Assembly: GCF_006345805.1 (NCBI RefSeq)
Contig: NC_043007.1
Coordinates: 74,896,001-74,960,000 of the forward strand
DNA: 64,000 nt
Direction of reading: 5' to 3'
Source of the DNA: Octopus sinensis
Lineage: Eukaryota
In this document: in pieces, positions 12,756 to 26,400 of the stretch
Numbering within the stretch: the stretch's first letter is position 1
How the letters are laid out: each line of letters begins with the position of its first letter
Notes under the pieces: model-generated
The model's input: only the letters and a program-made list of their open reading frames with translations
What the model was told of the DNA's origin: nothing
The model's database searches: none
Made by a program: the position numbers and the translations under genes

Positions 12756-13442
12756 ACTTTCTTTGAGGCATCCAGATTAGGAAAAGCAATTACAAATAAG
12801 AGCTGAAAGTGGGTCTCTGTCCTTATTCATATAAAACTTACACCATACAGCTTACAGCAAAGATTAATAAGTACATAAGTAACATAATGTGGTATAGTTC
12901 TTCATTCTAAGCAGTAGTGTTGATGAAGTTGCAGAACATAATTCAATTCTTCCCTGAGTAAAAGAGTATCTTTGTCAGGAGAAGTAAGTTGAATGAGTCA
13001 TACTTATCAGTAAAAAAATAATCTCATTATTGTAATCCAACCCATGCCAGCATGGAACATGAACGTTAGATGATGATGATAATGGTGTAATGTATGATCC
13101 TGATGATGAAGGAAGGGAGGGAAATCTATAAATGTTTTGAGGAAACAAAAAAGGCCTTTATGTGATTGCTTGAGTTGCAAGAAATAGCAGTCAAATCTCA
13201 CATCATATTACACCTATCATCTTAAAAGAAGAAAGAGAGCCATTGAATAATGTATTTTAGATACACTATAGAAGCAAAAAAGAGCTGAAGGTTAGCAAGA
13301 TGAAACTTCGAAGTCACTATTCTAATAAAAGTTTGATAAACATGTACTCTATATCGAAAAGGATCAAATAACTCTTCCATTTAATATCAAATTGTTTTTA
13401 AATATAACTTTAAATAAAAACACACATTCACATTGATATATA

Positions 13443-13490
<48 letters not shown>

Positions 13491-13539
13491 ATATATATAT
13501 ATTCCAGATATGAATTTATGTTTTGTTTATCTATTATAG

Positions 13540-13644
13540 AAATATGACAAGACAAATGACACTCTGGTATTCAAAAAATCAACCTATTTTTGAGCCATTG
13601 ACTTCAGACCATTCCCGTTTGGAAGCTGTAAGAATACCTGGAGG
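13540..13644 (+). CDS. RyR: RyR exon: NMTRQMTLWYSKNQPIF...VRIPGG
   Basis: ttatag acceptor, gtatgt donor, phase 2 to 2. Confidence 0.92.
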
Positions 13645-13905
13645 GTATGTATTTCTATAAACATTTTATAGCTATTTTAATTTTGCAAGTTGATAAAGGT
13701 ATATTATGTAATGTTCTTCATAGGCGAGGCTGTGTAGTTAAGAAGCTTTACAGCCATATGGTTTCAGGTCCAGTCTTACTGCGTGGCACCTTGGGGAGTA
13801 TAAGTAGGCTTCATCTCTAAAGAACATATATTACATATATAAATTAGGGAGGGGTGCAGTGTTAGTTTTAATCTTTTATCCTTTACTTGTTTTAGTCACT
13901 GGACT

Positions 13906-13951
<46 letters not shown>

Positions 13952-14372
13952 TCAAGTCTGTTACGTATTCTGTCAATCTCTTTTACTGAACCACTAAGCT
14001 GCCGGAATGTAAATAACCAGCACCGATTGTCAAGTGGTAGTGGGGAAACAAACATAAACACACACATACACACATACACACACATATGTACATGCATATG
14101 ATGTATGCATGTATGTATCTATACAGTAGGTTTCCATGCAGTTTCTGTCTACCAAACCAACTCACAAGGCTTTGGTCAGCCTGGGGCTATAGTAGAAGAC
14201 ACTTGGCAGAACTTGAACTCAGAACGGAAAGACGGAATATCACTAAGCATTTTACCCAGCATGCTAACATTTTTGTTAATTGACTGCTTTATATGGCAAC
14301 TTAATATTAAATATCCTTTTCCCAATTTCTAGATTATTTATTCTAATCTTGATTATTTTTTTGCATTTTCAG

Positions 14373-14492
14373 AACTAACATCACACCAGCATTAAAAATT
14401 TCTTCAAAAAACTTTGGTACTTTGGAACACGTATGCTTGGAATACGTTCGCCTAAGTTTACCAGTAACTTGTATGGAAGAATATGTTGCTAG
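14373..14492 (+). CDS. RyR: RyR exon: TNITPALKISSKNFG...EYVRLSLPVTC
   Basis: ttttcag acceptor, ag|gtaagt donor, phase 2 to 2; RLSLPV hallmark. Confidence 0.93.
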
Positions 14493-14606
14493 GTAAGTAA
14501 AAGCCTACCTTGTCATTAATAATTTATAATGATGCTGTTCACTGGCTCAGGAACCAGAGGTGCAGAGTATACAAGCACACCCACTAAAATTTTGGTTGGG
14601 CAATGA

Positions 14607-14924
14607 GAATGCTTTGAACATCTGCCTGAAATCTTCTGTTGTATCACAGAACAATCAAATAAAAGGTTTAATGGGCACAGATTCGATGTCAGACATGATA
14701 ACAGTAGTTCGACAGAACTTGCCAAACATTTCGTTTCAAATGACTGCAATTTTGAAAAAGATTTGAAAGTGCATATTCTCAGAAAATATTCTGAATCTGC
14801 TTCACTTTCACTACTCAGAATGCATGAGGAGAAATATGTTTGCAGGTTATTAACATCACACCCTGGAGGAATTAATAAAATGACAGGAGAATATCATCAA
14901 ATTTATACAAAACTGTTTGATTAA
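14607..14924 (+). mobile_element. Penelope-like element GIY-YIG endonuclease C-terminal part, stop-free frame
   Basis: TEQSNKRFNGHRFDVR...STELAKHF...DLKVHIL...EEKYVCRLLTSHPGGIN; TAA at 14922-14924. Confidence 0.75.
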
Positions 14925-15644
14925 ATATTCTTCTTTTTCCTTTTCTTTTTTCTTTCTTCTTTTTTTTCTGTCTTTTTCTATTAAATAAATTATAAAATTG
15001 AAACTTAAAGACCAATGATGTCATTCCATCAACGTGTGGACACTGATTGCCCTCGTTCATATTTTAAATTTACATTTCTATAATGGTGGTGGTGGTGGTG
15101 GTGGTGGTGCTGCTGCTGCTGCTGCTGCTCATCCACACAACTAAAGATTTTCTGAGCTCTACTACATTTAAGAGACAATTAAACAAAATGCTTTGAAAGC
15201 AACAGAGAAGAGTTTGGGAAGCTAACAAATCCAGCATAGAAGATCTGAGAGAAGTTTTATCGTAAAAAGTAACCTGTACATAAAATGGCATATGCCAGAT
15301 TTCTCACCAGACATAGCAGAAAAGTTCATACTGAAGTTTTTAGATATGTATGTGCATGTATACTTCTTTAAGCACTTTGCTCCCACTGGAGCACAGACCA
15401 TCAATGACTTTTTTCCCACTGTTCATAACTTTGAATTGTCTTTTCTGCTTCTTTCCACTTAGTTTGTGTCAAGTGTTTCCCTGAATGAAGGCCTTCACTT
15501 CTCACATTATGTTGATTTTGAATTATCAACAATGCTTCTGTAACTTTGTTTTTTTTTTTTCTAAGCAGGGATGTTGGCCATATGCAAACCCATTTTTACC
15601 TCTGGAAAGTGGTAGTTCATAATTTCTTTGCCTTTATTCTTTGA

Positions 15645-15975
15645 AGGCATTTGGCTTTAGTGGTTAAAGCATCGGACTCACAGTCATGAGGTAGTGAGTT
15701 TGATTCTTGGATAAGGCTGTGTGTTGTGTTCTTGAGCAAGACACTTTATTTCATGTTGCTCCAGTTCACTCAGCTGTAGAAATAAGTTACAACATCACTA
15801 GTACCAAGCTGTATCAGCCTTTACCTCTCCCTTGGATAATATTGGTGGTGTGAAAAGGGGAGGCTGGTATGCATGGGCAACTGCTGGCCTTCTATAAACA
15901 CCTTGCCCAGATGTGCTTTGAGGGGAAACTTTTCAGGTGCAATTCCATGATTATTCATGACAAAAGAGGGTCCTT
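15645..15975 (+). mobile_element. tRNA-headed SINE
   Basis: Same family as 55432-55732 (cttgagcaagacactt core, gccaagctgtatcagcc tail). Confidence 0.75.
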
Positions 15976-16111
15976 ACTTTTACTTTTTTATCTTTTGACT
16001 TCTCCAACATGGGAAGCTCTACCAGGAACTTGCTCTCTGCTGGCATAGTTCTCAGGGTTATTGAGATACATAAAGCCACCATACTGTAACAAGCACTGGA
16101 TCTTATGTATA

Positions 16112-16490
16112 TCTATTATATAAAATCCGTTCTGTTTGTCTGTGTATGTGTCTTCTAGGATCTCGGACATCCTCCATCTGATTGCACTCAAATTTGATAT
16201 GTAGATACCAACGGTATCAGGGCGGGTATAAGTCTTGAAAAAATTATAAAAATCGATTCCAGGTGAGAATGCGATCAATAAAGCATTCTTTGAAATAGAA
16301 AAAAGTCTGTCTTTATTTCTTCTTTTGCTGGTGTCTCAAATTTAGGTTAAATCAGTGTTTCTCAAAGGGGAGGCCTATGGGACGGTCAGACAAGTTGTTT
16401 TGAGAAAATTTGTTTAAATGTTTAATTGTTTAAATGTTTGACAACTCAGCACCATCCATTGGATGGGGGCGTTTTGTTCATATGATATAA
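16112..16490 (+). mobile_element. Helitron-like non-autonomous element
   Basis: A|TCTATTATATAAAA 5' end, gtctgt-type repeats, CCATCC-att-GGATGG hairpin near the end; no clear CTRR terminus. Confidence 0.45.
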
Positions 16491-16561
16491 ATGAAGAAGA
16501 AAATTTATGCTAAAGTAAGCTTTTCTTATATAAAACTATATAATGTATATGAAATTTTTAG

Positions 16562-16734
16562 GGACAGAACCATCCAGTCTGAAATAGATCACAAAATGAA
16601 TTTAGAAAATATTCGACGTCATGAAATGGACATTGAAGAGGAGAGAAATGCTTATGCTGATATGCCAGGCCAGAACTACAGCGATGCCAATATAAGTGAT
16701 GCTTCAGTTGAAAAAGGAAGCAAAGTAATTGCTG
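16562..16734 (+). CDS. RyR: RyR exon (SPRY2-SPRY3 linker): DRTIQSEIDHKMNLENIRRHEMD...GSKVIA
   Basis: tttttag acceptor, g|gtaagt donor, open frame, phase 2 to 1 bridges flanking exons; sequence itself is divergent. Confidence 0.85.
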
Positions 16735-18291
16735 GTAAGTAGATTCTACTTTCTTTGCTTGTTACCATTTTGTTTCTTTTCTTTATTAAAATACGGCTTT
16801 TAGAATCTCTGACATTATTAAATGACTAACTCACATTACAAGGTTTTCATTAATACTTTACCTGTTTCATAACAAACAAATGGACTCTTCTCACAAATGT
16901 TCTGTACAATTAATTACAGCATGTATCTGTTTCATTAAAATATCTCACTTTTTATTGTTTGTTTTTTTTTCAAATACTAAATTATTAACAAAAAAATTTA
17001 ATCTTGTGAGAAAAACATTTTTGTTTATTCAAGGTTGATCTCCAGAAACAAACTAGCTGCAAGTTTTGCTGCTTTTGATTCTGCTGCTTCAATGAATAAT
17101 TTTGATTTTATTTAATTGTAAAATACATAATTAATCTAATAAATGAAGATTATTAAAGATAATTTTTCATTCTCTGATTTTGAACAATTCTTTCTAAATA
17201 AATTGCTTCTCAAGCTTGTATTGCATGTCTTCTTCAGAATAACTGTACTATTTTCCTGATATTGATTTGAGATATTCTTCTTTAAAAAATCTACACATTT
17301 TTTTTTTGTTTATAATTTTATTGCTTTTTTTTTAATCTTATTTTTCACAACTACCTGCTTGAAGCATTTCATATTTTTAACTTTCTCACTTTCTTGGTTT
17401 TTATAACATATATTGTCATACCTTTACATATACATTCAAGTAGAAATATTTTTATAAGCAGCTTTGAAGTTTAATTACTTAATTTAAGGCCAAAATTATA
17501 GTGAATAGAAACTATTCTTAACGTCATTTCAGCTAATTGTTTTGTAACTATCCTGTCCATGTACACAACAAAGAGGTTTGGGAAAGAATTGAACCTGGAT
17601 CCAAAGCACCAGAACGTTTAAAAACCTCTCTTTCTTTCTAAGTCAAATTTTTAAAAAATCTTAGTTAAAATAAATTACAGTAACAGAATATTAGTAATAC
17701 TAACTATAGTTATGGTAAATATGTTCTGGCTTGCCCTTAGCAGAATTTGTAATAGAGAGAGACAACAATAATAGATTGAATTTTAATATTGAACTCCAGC
17801 CATTATTGGAGTTATATATATAAATCTAACAAGTAAAATGTCTGATTCATTATTTAAAGTAAATATTTTTTGGTATTAAAATATAATCTACAATTCTGAG
17901 AAACTTTTGCAACAGATAATTTTAGAGTGTCAAATACTTCAGTTTGCTTCTACGCCAAATTGAAACTGTTCATTTCTCAAAGCCACATTCGCTTCAACTA
18001 ATAGTAGTGGTATTTCTCTGATTTCTTTAACAGAATTGAATCTATGAAAAACTACATTTCTTTTTTTTTTATTTCCCCACTTTATAAATTATAAAACATA
18101 ATTCTCATTATTGATTTATATTTCAGATCAAACATAATCTGAATTTTAACTAACTGCACTTCAAATAGTGTATGCTATTTCCTTTAATTGGTGACTAGTT
18201 TATAGATTTAGTGCTTAATTGTCAACTGATTTTATTAGAACTAAATCAGAATTAAATCTTGTAAACCAGTCACCAAGTCCAGAATATATAT

Positions 18292-18341
<50 letters not shown>

Positions 18342-18568
18342 CCACACATATACATGTACACATCATCTAATAATCCATAACTTAAAAATAATGCAGGCCT
18401 TCATACATTTGTCAATAGGGTATGTCAATATTTATACTTTACAGTAATATAGATCCATTTCAGCTGATTTTACCAACCAGTTTCATGAGCTCCATCTTAG
18501 GTTAATGCTGATTGCCTAATTTGTGTACAAAACTTATTAGTAAAATCAACTGAAATAGATCTATAACA

Positions 18569-18605
<37 letters not shown>

Positions 18606-18611
18606 TATATA

Positions 18612-18950
18612 TGGGGTACTGAGAAGCAATGTCATATTTTATGTAATGAGTTCAAATCAGCATGAAACATATTGTAAGTATATTTATTCATTCAAACAAT
18701 AATCACCATCACTAGCAAAAACATTTTCTCATCTCAAAACTAGTTTTCTGATTCCTTGAGTTAAAAAAAAATCAGGGTCTTTAGAAGAGGAAAGGGTTTA
18801 GAGTGACATTTCAAAATCATACTGACTTCTGAATTTTTTTTTTCTTTCTCTCTTGGTAAAGTTTTCCTGTGACCTGAATAAGTAAAAATCTGATGGTGTT
18901 AGGTGTCTGGTGAGTTGGGTGAGCAAGGTAAAACTTCTTAGCAAAATGAA
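18612..18950 (-). mobile_element. mariner transposase C-terminal remnant with terminal segment
   Basis: HLTPSDFYLFRSQEN...KKKFRS..DFEMSL...SSKDPDFF matches the mariner PDLAPSDY.LFRSL C-terminus; flanked by a TA run. Confidence 0.75.
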
Positions 18951-19009
18951 TTTATCTTTTCTTGAGTTACTTTGTTGAATGCCCTGCTTTATTCTCAGGG
19001 CACAGCTCA

Positions 19010-19205
19010 TTTCCCTTCTCTTTACACATTTATACCAATAATAATTGGTGCCCTTGGTTTTGTGAGTAAATGCCTAAGTAACAATCAGGACAAGGCAGGG
19101 TCTTTCAGAAAAAGAAATCAATCAACTAACTCACACATTAAAAATACGATCTGTAAGTGAAACAGTAAAAATATGCAAGACTTTTCTCAAGTTTAAAATA
19201 TAACA
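19010..19205 (+). mobile_element. RLE-type LINE (R2/R4 group) 3' remnant
   Basis: YTFIPIIIGALGFVSKCL then (frameshift) LKIRSVSETVKICKTFLKF*, homologous to the 36321 element end. Confidence 0.7.
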
Positions 19206-19899
19206 TTAATCTACATTCTAATGATGGAACTTTGTACTTTGTTAGAAACTAGCCCATTCCTCAGAGGAAGAATTTAAATAATTAAAAGCAGAAGAGAACA
19301 TATATATTCCAAATAAGAAGACAAAGAATGAATTTAATACATCTTTATTAATAGTTGCAATTGTTTCAAAACCATTCTGTTTTTAATGTTGTTACATGAG
19401 AATGTAGATAGCCAGGAGTTCAGGTTGAGTACTGCTATGGAAATTCTGTAATTCTCTACCCTATCAGGGCTCACAATATACTTTTATATATTTAAACAGA
19501 ATCCTAGTTTTTATGATTAAAAAAAATTCTCTAAACAATTGATTACCCCCAAAACCTTCCATAAATGTTGTATTTTCATAGTTCTTTATTTGTTAAAGGA
19601 ATAAGAAAACCATTCTACTCTTTCTATTCTTATTCAAATTTCTCTGAAAACTGAGACTCATTTTCCAATATGTTTATTTTTAAAAACAAAACTGTTTTTA
19701 TTATTTGTCATAATCTTCATAATGTTTCTAAGGATTGTTATTATTCTGTTGATGAATTCTACTTGTGCACAAGCATCCTTGAGTATTTATCACTATTCTT
19801 CTGATCTCAGTCGACAAACTCCAGCTAAGATGTAGTAGCTTAGGCTTCACAATACTAGTTGCTTATCACATAACATCCAATGATGTCTCTATTTTCTCT

Positions 19900-20280
19900 A
19901 TTAACATTATCTGATATGATCTAAATATGATGAAAACTGGTACACATCAGCAATAAATTTTAAATTGAGTGATGGAATCTTGAGCAAAACTACTACACTG
20001 AGGCAAATGATCATTCTATTCATGTTACTTTGCTCTTATTCTGGCTTTTAATTTTAGCCAGCTCTTTGTATATTTTCTACAGTTCTTCCACAGACCCTGC
20101 GCATAGATCTAAATAGCAGATGTTGCTAAGGCAACATATAGGTAGTACTTTAGTATGATTATCTCAATGAGCATGATGAAAAGGCAGCTCAAAACAGAGC
20201 CTTGGTGAACACCTACCTCATAACCTCAAATCTCTTGCTAAATTCACTGTCAATGTAGACTCTAAATACTTTACATTCAT
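19900..20280 (-). mobile_element. RTE-clade reverse transcriptase remnant
   Basis: SEFSKRFEV / VGVHQGSVLS motif on the minus strand. Confidence 0.6.
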
Positions 20281-20444
20281 ACATAATCCTAAAATTTTCC
20301 CAGTGTGGCCTTTACTGAGTTTTAGTTACAGTTAAAAATAACTGCTTTATACATAATCTTTTTTATCACACCTCACTTTCTTATTCCCTACTATAATGCA
20401 AGTAAACTGAGAGATTCCTCCTAGTGCTTATTATTAACTAAGAA

Positions 20445-20885
20445 GAAGGCAGTGAGCTGGCAGAAACGTTAGCATGCTGGGCAAAATGCTTAGCGGTATT
20501 TCGTCTGCCGTTACATTCTGAGTTCAAATTCCGCCGAAGTCGACTTTGCCTTTCATCCTTTCGGGGTCAATAAATTAAGTACCAGTTATTCACTGGGGTT
20601 GATGTAATCGACTTAATCCCTTTCTCTGTCCTTGTTTGTCTGTCCCCTCTATGTTTAGCTCCTTGTGGGCAATAAAGAAATAAGAAATGTTAGCATGCAG
20701 GATGGAATTGCTTAGCAGTATTTCATCTGTCTTTGTGTTCTGAGTTCAAATTCTGCCAAGGTCAACTTTGCCTTTCATCCTTTCAGGGTCGATAAATTAA
20801 GTATGAGTTGCGTACTGGGGTCAATCTAATCAACTGACCCTCTCCCCAAAAATTTCAGGCCCTGTGCCTTGAGTAGAAAAGATTA
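20445..20885 (+). mobile_element. Two tandem SINE copies (ggcagaa family)
   Basis: Two successive agttcaaattc...gtcgactttgcctttcatcc units. Confidence 0.75.
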
Positions 20886-21861
20886 TTAAACTAAGAAGTT
20901 CTCTTACAGTTGCCTCACTACAAGTACAGCCTTTCTTCTGCCACAAATTGCACTCAATCAAATATAACTCATGTCTACATGAAGTTTACTATGACTTCTT
21001 CTATTGCTTTGATTACTTGATTAAATAGTCTTTAGAGAACTAATTCCGCCTCATAATATATCTCCTTTACCTTTGTAGTCATTGACAACAATGCTTCAAT
21101 ACCAATTAATGAGAATAACTCCTGCACAAACTAATTGACTTGTGTAACCCACAACCCTTGCTTTCAACATTTATACATTCTTTTAATATCTGGAAACATT
21201 TATATTCAATAATTATCTAATTTAAACTTAATCTAAATGTGGGTGTTTTATGAACAGTAATAAGTTTTTCCCTATACAGTGAGTGACTTCTCCTTGAATG
21301 TAACCATGGATCAAATAAACACTGTACAGCAACTATTACTTTCATTGCTATTTAACATGGCTCACTGTCTCTTAGATTCTTTACATAGCTCTTCAAAAAT
21401 TAAGGAATCAATATGAAATTCTTCTTTAGCTGAAGGGAGGTTTAAAACCAACTATCCAGTATATTTTTATGAAATCGAAAGATTTATTAAATTTTATTTG
21501 AAAGAAAACCACATCTATATTAAAGAACAATCTCTACTTCAATCTTAATGCCCTGACCATCAAAGAATCTATAAAGAATCACAGAATCAATAAATATATA
21601 TTTCATCAATTGTTCCGAGAAGTGATCTTATTTCAAACATTGACAAATAGGGACATAATTTTCTAATTTTCCACATTCATTCATTATTTTCATCCATAGT
21701 GTGTATATTTAATACCAATTTCAAATTTTAGCACAAGTCTAGATGTGTGTGTGTGTGTGTGCATGCAATATTTTGTGTGTTATTAGTGTATATATTTAAT
21801 ATCAAGCATATATATTGCCTATGTAATATTAAGTGTATATATAGGATATATCTAATATTTA

Positions 21862-21912
<51 letters not shown>

Positions 21913-22001
21913 AATTACGTAGTGTATATTTAATATTTAATCAGTTTAGTTGCTGTAAACAGCCAGGTGTAATCCTTATAATCTTGTGTACATCATTAGT
22001 A

Positions 22002-22132
22002 CCTGATTTATAGACTCAGCCCCTTTGTAGCCTTTGACTTTTACTAGCTAAAGGAGTTTTTTAACCTAATCTTTACACACTGTTACTTATAACTTTATCT
22101 GCTTCGCATTTCCATTCCCCCAAAATAATAAG

Positions 22133-22197
<65 letters not shown>

Positions 22198-23175
22198 ATA
22201 TATATATATATATACAACATATATATATATGTATATATGTATAAGATCCATATATGTGTGTGTATAGTTTTTTCCCAATTATAATCTGCCACATTTTCCA
22301 GTATAACACCAACTTAGAATTTAGTCATTTATAGATGATACAGAAATAGTTTTTTTCTTATTCTCAAACACATGATAATGCTAAGACATAGCGTGATCAG
22401 GATAAATTATCCGTACATCGCAGAAAAATACGTTACCAGCCAGCCATTTATATTTGGTTTAGTAATATTTATGAATTAGCTTGAGAGTTAAATTCACACA
22501 TACATGTGCATACGTATACAGGCACATGCACACACACACACATGCACACACACACACACACATGCATACACACTATCTAAATATTTTATGCTACTTACTA
22601 GGTTAGGCAGTTAGGTATATTTTCTCTGAGAAGTATTCAAAAAGCTATGAAACAGTCCATTAGAAAATTCCCTTCCTCTTTTTTCTACATTTCTATATTA
22701 ATGACAAACAAAGAACGTTTTTACATACTTGTTACTCCCACAGTGTGTCTTCCTAAAACACACACTTATTCAAAGTTGACTCACTGAAGAGCTCATTTGT
22801 TTCAACTGCCTATATTCTTTCTAGAGTAAGTTCAGAAACTCAACAAATGTGGATTTCATCCAGGGGGAAATGGTTTTATCAATAACAAAATTACTACACA
22901 AGGGACACCTTATCTAAAACCAGCATTGAATGTTTTATTGCCAAAACATATGTAAAAGTTAAGGGAGTTCTTAGAAATATCTATACTTATAAATGCATAT
23001 TTGTGTGTATGTGTGGCTGTATCGACTCCCTGATTTATAGACTCAACCCCATTGTAGCCTTTGACCTTTTACTAGCTAAAGGAGTTTTTTAGCCTAATCT
23101 TTACACACTGTTACTTATAACTTTATCTGCTTCAAGTTTCCATTCCCCCAAAATAATAAGATATACATATATATA
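22002..23175 (+). repeat. Direct duplication of about 145 nt (22002-22145 and 23029-23172), each followed by (TA)n
   Basis: cctgatttatagactca...ccccaaaataataagatatacat at an offset of 1027 nt. Confidence 0.85.
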
Positions 23176-23364
23176 TATATAATATATATATATATATATA
23201 CACATATATATATATATAAATAGATGACTGTACTTTTCCCTTGTTAACAATTAACACAGAAAAAATAGATAAATAGTTACAAGGGTAGCAAAAATCACAC
23301 AAGTAAAGAGGTTGTAACTCGTTTTTAAAGGTAGAAACTTCGGGTTTACGTGGAATTTTTTGTA

Positions 23365-23429
<65 letters not shown>

Positions 23430-26400
23430 TCCATATATGTATGGAGATACACAAACACACACACACATACAAATACATACGCACACACACACATACACAC
23501 ACACATACACACACATACACATGCACTCTTTCAGATGAAGGAATAGGATAAGCCCCTGCTTCATTTCGAGACTGAGATCAGTGAAGTAAATTTTCCAGCA
23601 TCTCATTACTTATCTGGAGTTAGTAATTACAATCTCTGCCTCAATAAGCAACTACCTATACTACAATAGCCTTCAGAATCCCTGAAGAGAAAAAAAAACA
23701 TTGTATTTCATTGTTGTCACCAATTAGACTCCCCTATTAACCAACTTCAAAGCATTGGCAGCTTATAATGTAGAAAGCCCATCTTTATCCTTGCAGGCTC
23801 ATGCACAACCTTATGGTATGCAATTGTTGTTTACTCAGAGTAATATTATTTTGTCTTCTATCTACTATGACTAGGGACTACTATTATCCAGCTAAAATTA
23901 CATCAGGCAGCCATGCTTCACATGCAGAATGGTATGTAATCTGATACCATCAAACTAGTTATGTCACCATACAATAACTGCATGGCTGAAATTGCAAATG
24001 CAGCAAATTGCCAACTACCTGAAACCATTATCTTGTCTGCTCTATCGTGGGGAACATCTTATAAAAAGATTGCTGTCACTGCCTAGTCAAAGTATCCAGA
24101 TTACCATAACTGATCAGTGAAGACATAAATATTCTCCTTTTGAAGCCATTTACATAAAGTTGTTTTAAATTCTCTCTTCTCTCACTCTCTACTACTGAGG
24201 ATGGGGATGTGTTCTGTGGCCAAGAAACTAGTAGAACTAAATCAATCTGTTTCCTACACACACACACACACATATGAATCTGCATGTATGTGTACTGGTA
24301 AACAGATACAAAACCACTCTTGTATTTGACTATTTTTCAAAGCAATCCTGTTTGCAAAGGCATATGCAAATACCAGTAGGAGCATTTCAGTATCATGTTC
24401 TCTAGGTTTCTCATTAAATAAGACAGGCAAGCGGTTTTCATGTAAAATAACCAGCTTTACAAAAGCAAAGTTTATGTAACAGGTAATAAAAGAATGTTGG
24501 GCACTGTATTTCAATAGTATGAGTAGCAACCTTCTCAAATAACATTCAGGGAATTGGCCTGAGAACAGCAGTTGAAATGTAAATTTCCTGAGTATTATGC
24601 TTAGCATTACCTCAAAATCACACAAGTAAAATATATAGCAACTCATTCTATAAGCACCAAAATTCAAACCACATACCTAACATCCTCAAGCATGTACCCA
24701 AAGGCATGATGATGAAAATAATCTACCCTTAACCGAGGTGAGGAGTACTAAACTGAGGTACTAACATGCAGCCACCCCATAAAGATGATTATGTACTCAC
24801 CAGTAACAATCATAATATTATTAAATAAACATCTTAACAGTCTGAGTTCAACTTTGCTGTTCACCCTTTCGGGATTGATAAAATGAGTAAGAGTTGAACC
24901 CTAGGGTCAATGTAATCAACTTACTCCTTCCCTCGAAATTGCTGATCTTCTGCCAAAATTTGGATCCAATATTATTAAATAAAGAAATAAAATATAATAT
25001 AGCTGCTATGTAACATTGTTTCAAAACTAACAGAATGAGGAACTTATTCTGTTTTACCATGAAGCACATCTCAATTATTCCATCAGCTGTTCCCACAAAA
25101 ACCAATGCAATGATGACCTTTTGCCCGTCCAGATTATACACAGTGTTATCAAATATTTTAACCTTATTGCATTAAGAACTATCTCTGTAGTTTCAAGTTC
25201 AATTCTATTGTGGGACACTTGAGACAAATATTTCTTGTCTTAGTCTTAGGTCAACCAAAGCTTTGTAAATGAAATTTGGTTGATGGAAACTGTATGAAAG
25301 TCTAGTGGGAGAAGATTCCTGTTTTAGGGTGGAATATTTAACCTTTCATCTGGTTTAATGTCACTGCATACCTTCAGTAGATCAGCCTCAGATTACAGCC
25401 TTCGTGCCTGGTCTCTGGCCTGGAGGTAACTTAAACCCACAAGTTTTTGGAGGCCTTGAAAAAGATCATGGATTCTGCCCTCTTCCTTCTTTGGTTAAGC
25501 TAACTAAGACAGTTAAGACTCAATAAACAATTATTGGTGTATGGAGCTCTTTCTGGCACCTGAAAGCAAAGTACATTGAAAATTGTATAATCTGCCTTGA
25601 TAAGATCACAACAATGAAAAAAAATTCCCTTCACAAACTCTACAGGTCTCACAGACCCTCCATTCAGAAATTTCCTCATGAATACAATGGACTACACTGC
25701 TATTGGGAAAATACACCCAAAATTTACTTGGAAATCAAGAGTTGGCATTTCTGATTAAGGCATCAACATTTACAAATAAGTTAAGGTGTTGTGACTTCTG
25801 CTTTACCACAAAACCTCAAACATCATTTAATATTCTACCACAATTCTAAACAGAAAAACTTACTCATGTTTGAACTGTTGTCACAAGTCTAGATTTCTTC
25901 TTCCGAAATTCGATAAAGACTCTCCTGATTCATAAATGATACACTGTGCCATATGGATGTTTCATGATGCCATGAACCATTTCTTATTTCAATCTATAAT
26001 GACTTCATTAGATAAATAAAGCTGGTCTAATAAATTTTTTAGGTATGAATTTGTATTCTTGATTAACTCGTATACACAAATTAAATTCTACATACTTTTA
26101 GCAGAAGGAAATATTGAGCACTTTGTTTTGATACAAAAAAAAAGCACAAATACTCAGCTCTGAGTGCCATGATTGTTATAGCAGAAACAGCTCTAGGTCA
26201 ATGAAGTTGGTTCCTTTTGTCAGTCCTATTTCTTTTGTCATTCAATAAGTTACATACACACACACATACACGCACTAATCTAATCTAATCTAAGAAATTT
26301 AAAAGCTCAAAAAGCATTCAATTTATCCTAATATATTGGTCCCAATTTAATCAGTTTCATAGGTTCTCTTGTGTATTATAATCATTTTGAGAAATAGTTC

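Noticed and set aside
14995-15050. Possible hammerhead remnant after the 14607 Penelope fragment (ccaatgatgtcattccatcaacg)
   Set aside because: Both core strands would need several changes; too degenerate to support.
22810-22835. ttctttctag-a-gtaagt as a recursive splice site or 1-nt exon
   Set aside because: Recursive sites need AG|GT directly, and a 1-nt exon would break the frame.
23690-24667. Unique-looking stretch and 137-aa minus ORF as a nested gene or Helitron helicase remnant
   Set aside because: No convincing motif; many stops in alternative frames and no splice-consistent structure.
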